Positions 61,389-64,000 of a stretch of DNA of 64,000 nucleotides are shown in pieces. How positions within the stretch are numbered: the stretch's first letter is position 1; every line of letters begins with the position of its first letter. The stretch is from an uncultured delta proteobacterium. GTDB taxonomy: Bacteria; Desulfobacterota; Binatia; UBA9968. The stretch spans positions 64,001 through 128,000 of the forward strand of contig CAVTUQ010000010.1 in the NCBI GenBank assembly GCA_963737905.1, written 5' to 3'. The position numbers and the translations under genes were made by a program. The notes beneath the pieces were generated by a model that saw only the letters and a program-made list of their open reading frames with translations, did no database searches and was not told the origin of the DNA.

Positions 61389-62412
61389 TCACTTTAAGTA
61401 ACCTCGCTCGCGATAGAACCGGCGCGCGCCTGGGTGCAACGGAATGTTGTAAGGCGCTTCTTCGTCGTTGGCGCATAACTGGCCGATGTCGAGGGGCTTG
61501 AAGTTGTCCGTCGGAATGAGATGCTTGCGTTTCTCGATGGCTTCGCAAAGCGCGAAGGCGACGTCGTTTGGCATGTCGGCTCGCACCACCATCGGCCAAC
61601 CGCTGAAATCGACAGTCGCTACGTCGGCCGGCATGCCTTTGAAACGAGACTTTGGCACGACGGAAGTGCGATAACCCATTGAGGATAAATCGTTTGAGCA
61701 CCTGTCCTTCGATGGGCAGGTAAACAAAACCTTTATCTAGCGCAGTTTGCCCCCAGCTCTTGATGCCTTCATCGAAAACCGCGTTTACGGTTCCGTTTTG
61801 AATCGCATCGCGCCGGTCCGGATGACTGGGCCGCGATACCGACTGGATCTTGCCGCCCCATTTGCGCAGGTCAGCTAGGGTAAAGCCGGCCGCTTTCATA
61901 ACAGCGGTCACGGTAAACATGGTGGGGCTTGCGGTCAGCGCGTTCTTTCCGGTTACATTCGTGGACAAACGAAGCGGAAAGCGCTCTTTCCTAATCTGGG
62001 ACAGGGACGTAATTCCAGTGGACTCATGAACGGCAAAGCCCATGACATCGTAGGAAGGAAAGGTGGCGATGACGCGCAAAGGCAGTTTCTTTCTGAACGG
62101 GCCCGTGCCCCGGTAGGCGAGGGTGGCCGCCACCGAAGGATTCACCCAGGCAAGCGTGTATTTGCCTTCAGCCACTCCTTTGAGCTCAGCGAAACTGTCC
62201 GCTGCAAAGGAAAGATTAATGCTGTTGGATCCTTCGCGAGATGCGGCGATCAAGGAAAGGCTGAGCTCGTGCCCGGCGCGCGATTCGGTCTGCAAAACCT
62301 GCTCGGCCGCGCGTGTTGTTTGGAAGGAAAGCGAAGTTTCATAGATGGCCGCCGCGAGTTCCAGCAAACCTTTGGCGCGTTGAATCTTGGCGTTGTATCG
62401 GGTCTTTGTCAT
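61389..62412 (-). CDS. TAXI-family (TRAP-type) solute receptor-like protein (1-bp frameshift near 61688)
   Basis: LRVIA.FP, GITSL, VRADMP.D.A, IPLHPGA.RFYRE.G TAXI C-terminal signature. Confidence 0.8.
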
Positions 62413-62419
62413 ATTGTTG

Positions 62420-63430
62420 TCAGATTGATTTCCGTAACTCCCGAGCGACGTCCACCAGCAGCCGTGCCTTGGCGTTGGCGAGATCACGACTGATGGTCAT
62501 CAGGCCACAGTCGGGAGCGAGCAAGAGATTTTTGGGATCGATATATTTGAGCGCCTCCCGCACGCGCGTGACGACCGATGCCAAGGGTGGAACCGGAGTA
62601 TCGCTCGGATCGACGCAACCGAACATCACCAGCCGTCCTTTGCAGAGGCCCAGCACGGCGGGGTCGTAATTGCTCCGCGCAAACTCGACACCGAAGCCGC
62701 CGATCTTGGTCTTCATCAGCTCCTCTAAGAGTTCGGGATATTCATACTCGTGCTGCTGGCTGAGGCCGCCGGGGTAACCGTAACAAAGATGGACGATGGA
62801 CGGAATGTGGATGCCATCCAAACAACGATCAAGGGCCCGCGCGCCGTACTCAAAGACTTTTTCGTGGTAGCGGGTCATGGCAGGCTCGTCGATCTGCACG
62901 ACATCACAACCCGCTAATTGAAGCTCGCGCAATTCTTCGTTGAGCGCCGCCGCAACGTCCATAGCCATAGCTGGCTCGTCATGGTAGGCCTCATCGAGCG
63001 TGCTGTCGATCACCGTCATGGGTCCTGGCACCGCCATCTTGATTGGTTTCGTGGTTTGCGCCTTGGCAAAGCGAAGATCCTCCACGATCGCCGGTTTACT
63101 CCTCTTAATCTTTCCGACGATCCGAGGCACGGGGCGTTCCTGCGCGCGCCGCCGGTAGATCGCTTTAACGGCTTCGTGGGCAAGGTCGACCCCCTCGAAG
63201 GCGGCTAAAATATGGTTGATAAACCCCGTGCGACGCTGCTCGCCGTCGGTCAGCAGATCGAGGCCGAGCTGTTCTTGGGTTCGGACGTTGAGACTCGTGG
63301 CATCGTCCTGCGCCTCTTTAAGCACACTGCCTTCGAGCCGAAAGTTTACTCGACTGCGATCCGTAGCCGCGAGCCAACTTGGACGCGGAAAACTGCCGAT
63401 GGTCGTTGCAGCGATGGGTGGGAGTTGCAT
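62420..63430 (-). CDS. Cobalamin-independent methionine synthase II-family (single-barrel MetE-like) protein
   Basis: TTIGSFPRP, TDGEQRR, QIDEP; Zn ligands HLC, E and PDCG. Confidence 0.9.
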   Translation of the reverse strand: MQLPPIAATTIGSFPRPSWLAATDRSRVNFRLEGSVLKEAQDDATSLNVRTQEQLGLDLLTDGEQRRTGFINHILAAFEGVDLAHEAVKAIYRRRAQERPVPRIVGKIKRSKPAIVEDLRFAKAQTTKPIKMAVPGPMTVIDSTLDEAYHDEPAMAMDVAAALNEELRELQLAGCDVVQIDEPAMTRYHEKVFEYGARALDRCLDGIHIPSIVHLCYGYPGGLSQQHEYEYPELLEELMKTKIGGFGVEFARSNYDPAVLGLCKGRLVMFGCVDPSDTPVPPLASVVTRVREALKYIDPKNLLLAPDCGLMTISRDLANAKARLLVDVARELRKSI

Positions 63431-63475
63431 AGCATCACCTCCAAGGATTTTTCTCTGCCTATATTTGGGCCCTTG

Positions 63476-64000
63476 TCATCCCATGTCTTTCACGAACCGC
63501 ATCATGCGCTGCGCAGGACTCGGGTCGTTGTACTGGTTGTAAAGGCGTTGTCGCGTTCTATCTACTTCACCGCTTTGCAAGCGCTCGTACAACTGGCTGC
63601 GTTTGCCGAAAGGGCTCATGACCATATCGGCGGCGACTGCCATCAACCGCAGGTGCTCGCGGGTGGTGGTCGCGCCGCCGCGAAAATAGCGGTCGATGAA
63701 GGGACCGATCTCCGAGTTGTTCAGGTCCGAGGCACCACCGCTCAACATGAGAGTACTCGTCAGTAAACCCTCCATCGTTCGCTCCGCTCGGTCGGATGCT
63801 TCGATGCTATGGATACGGTAAGCGGGGCTCAACAGCGGCGCCCAGGTGCCGCCGGCGGCCCGGTAACCCTTCGATGCGGCGACCTGCATGCAAGCCCGCA
63901 AGATTTCTATGTCCTGCATCAAACTCGACAAGAGTATTTGCGACGATGCGCTCGTGTTGCGCTTCGCCAACCGGGTCAACAGTTGGGCGACGCCCAAAAA
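63476..64000 (-). CDS. 4-hydroxyphenylacetate 3-hydroxylase (HpaB)-family protein, C-terminal part
   Basis: I.RYF.G...RE..RL...A.D...S.FG.R..LYER..SG matches the HpaB C-terminal pattern. Runs off the right edge of the window. Confidence 0.75.
   Translation of the reverse strand, partial: FLGVAQLLTRLAKRNTSASSQILLSSLMQDIEILRACMQVAASKGYRAAGGTWAPLLSPAYRIHSIEASDRAERTMEGLLTSTLMLSGGASDLNNSEIGPFIDRYFRGGATTTREHLRLMAVAADMVMSPFGKRSQLYERLQSGEVDRTRQRLYNQYNDPSPAQRMMRFVKDMG

Overview
A GC-rich bacterial chromosomal window of mostly metabolic, transport and regulatory genes. The many substrate-binding proteins, MmgE/PrpD paralogues, LVIVD and NHL proteins and short intergenic hairpin repeats suggest a Deltaproteobacteria/Binatia-like organism; this is inference only. 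I found no rRNA, tRNA or CRISPR. Protein family names are from motif recognition, not database searches. Items the ORF track hides: (1) a DsbA/FrnE-type selenoprotein with an in-frame UGA in a UPWC motif and a SECIS-like hairpin (16783-17397); (2) an IS1202-family element with a 17-bp target duplication inside an ABC substrate-binding gene (51315-52670); (3) an IS3-family element with an A8G -1 frameshift site and apparently subterminal inverted repeats; (4) a two-copy ~154-bp MITE-like hairpin element and several nested short-repeat families; (5) a 40-aa membrane micro-protein; (6) a PAS sensor kinase that seems to have lost almost all of its periplasmic domain. The best candidates for an uncharacterised system are the HpaB-like monooxygenase / MetE-II Zn-thiol transferase / signal-less TAXI protein / MmgE-PrpD run at the right end, and the DUF748 / PAS kinase / FixJ / Mce-Pqi / MarC / GH63 / GH13 block. 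About 15 genes carry small frameshifts, mostly single bases in short homopolymers, which probably reflects long-read assembly error rather than real pseudogenes.
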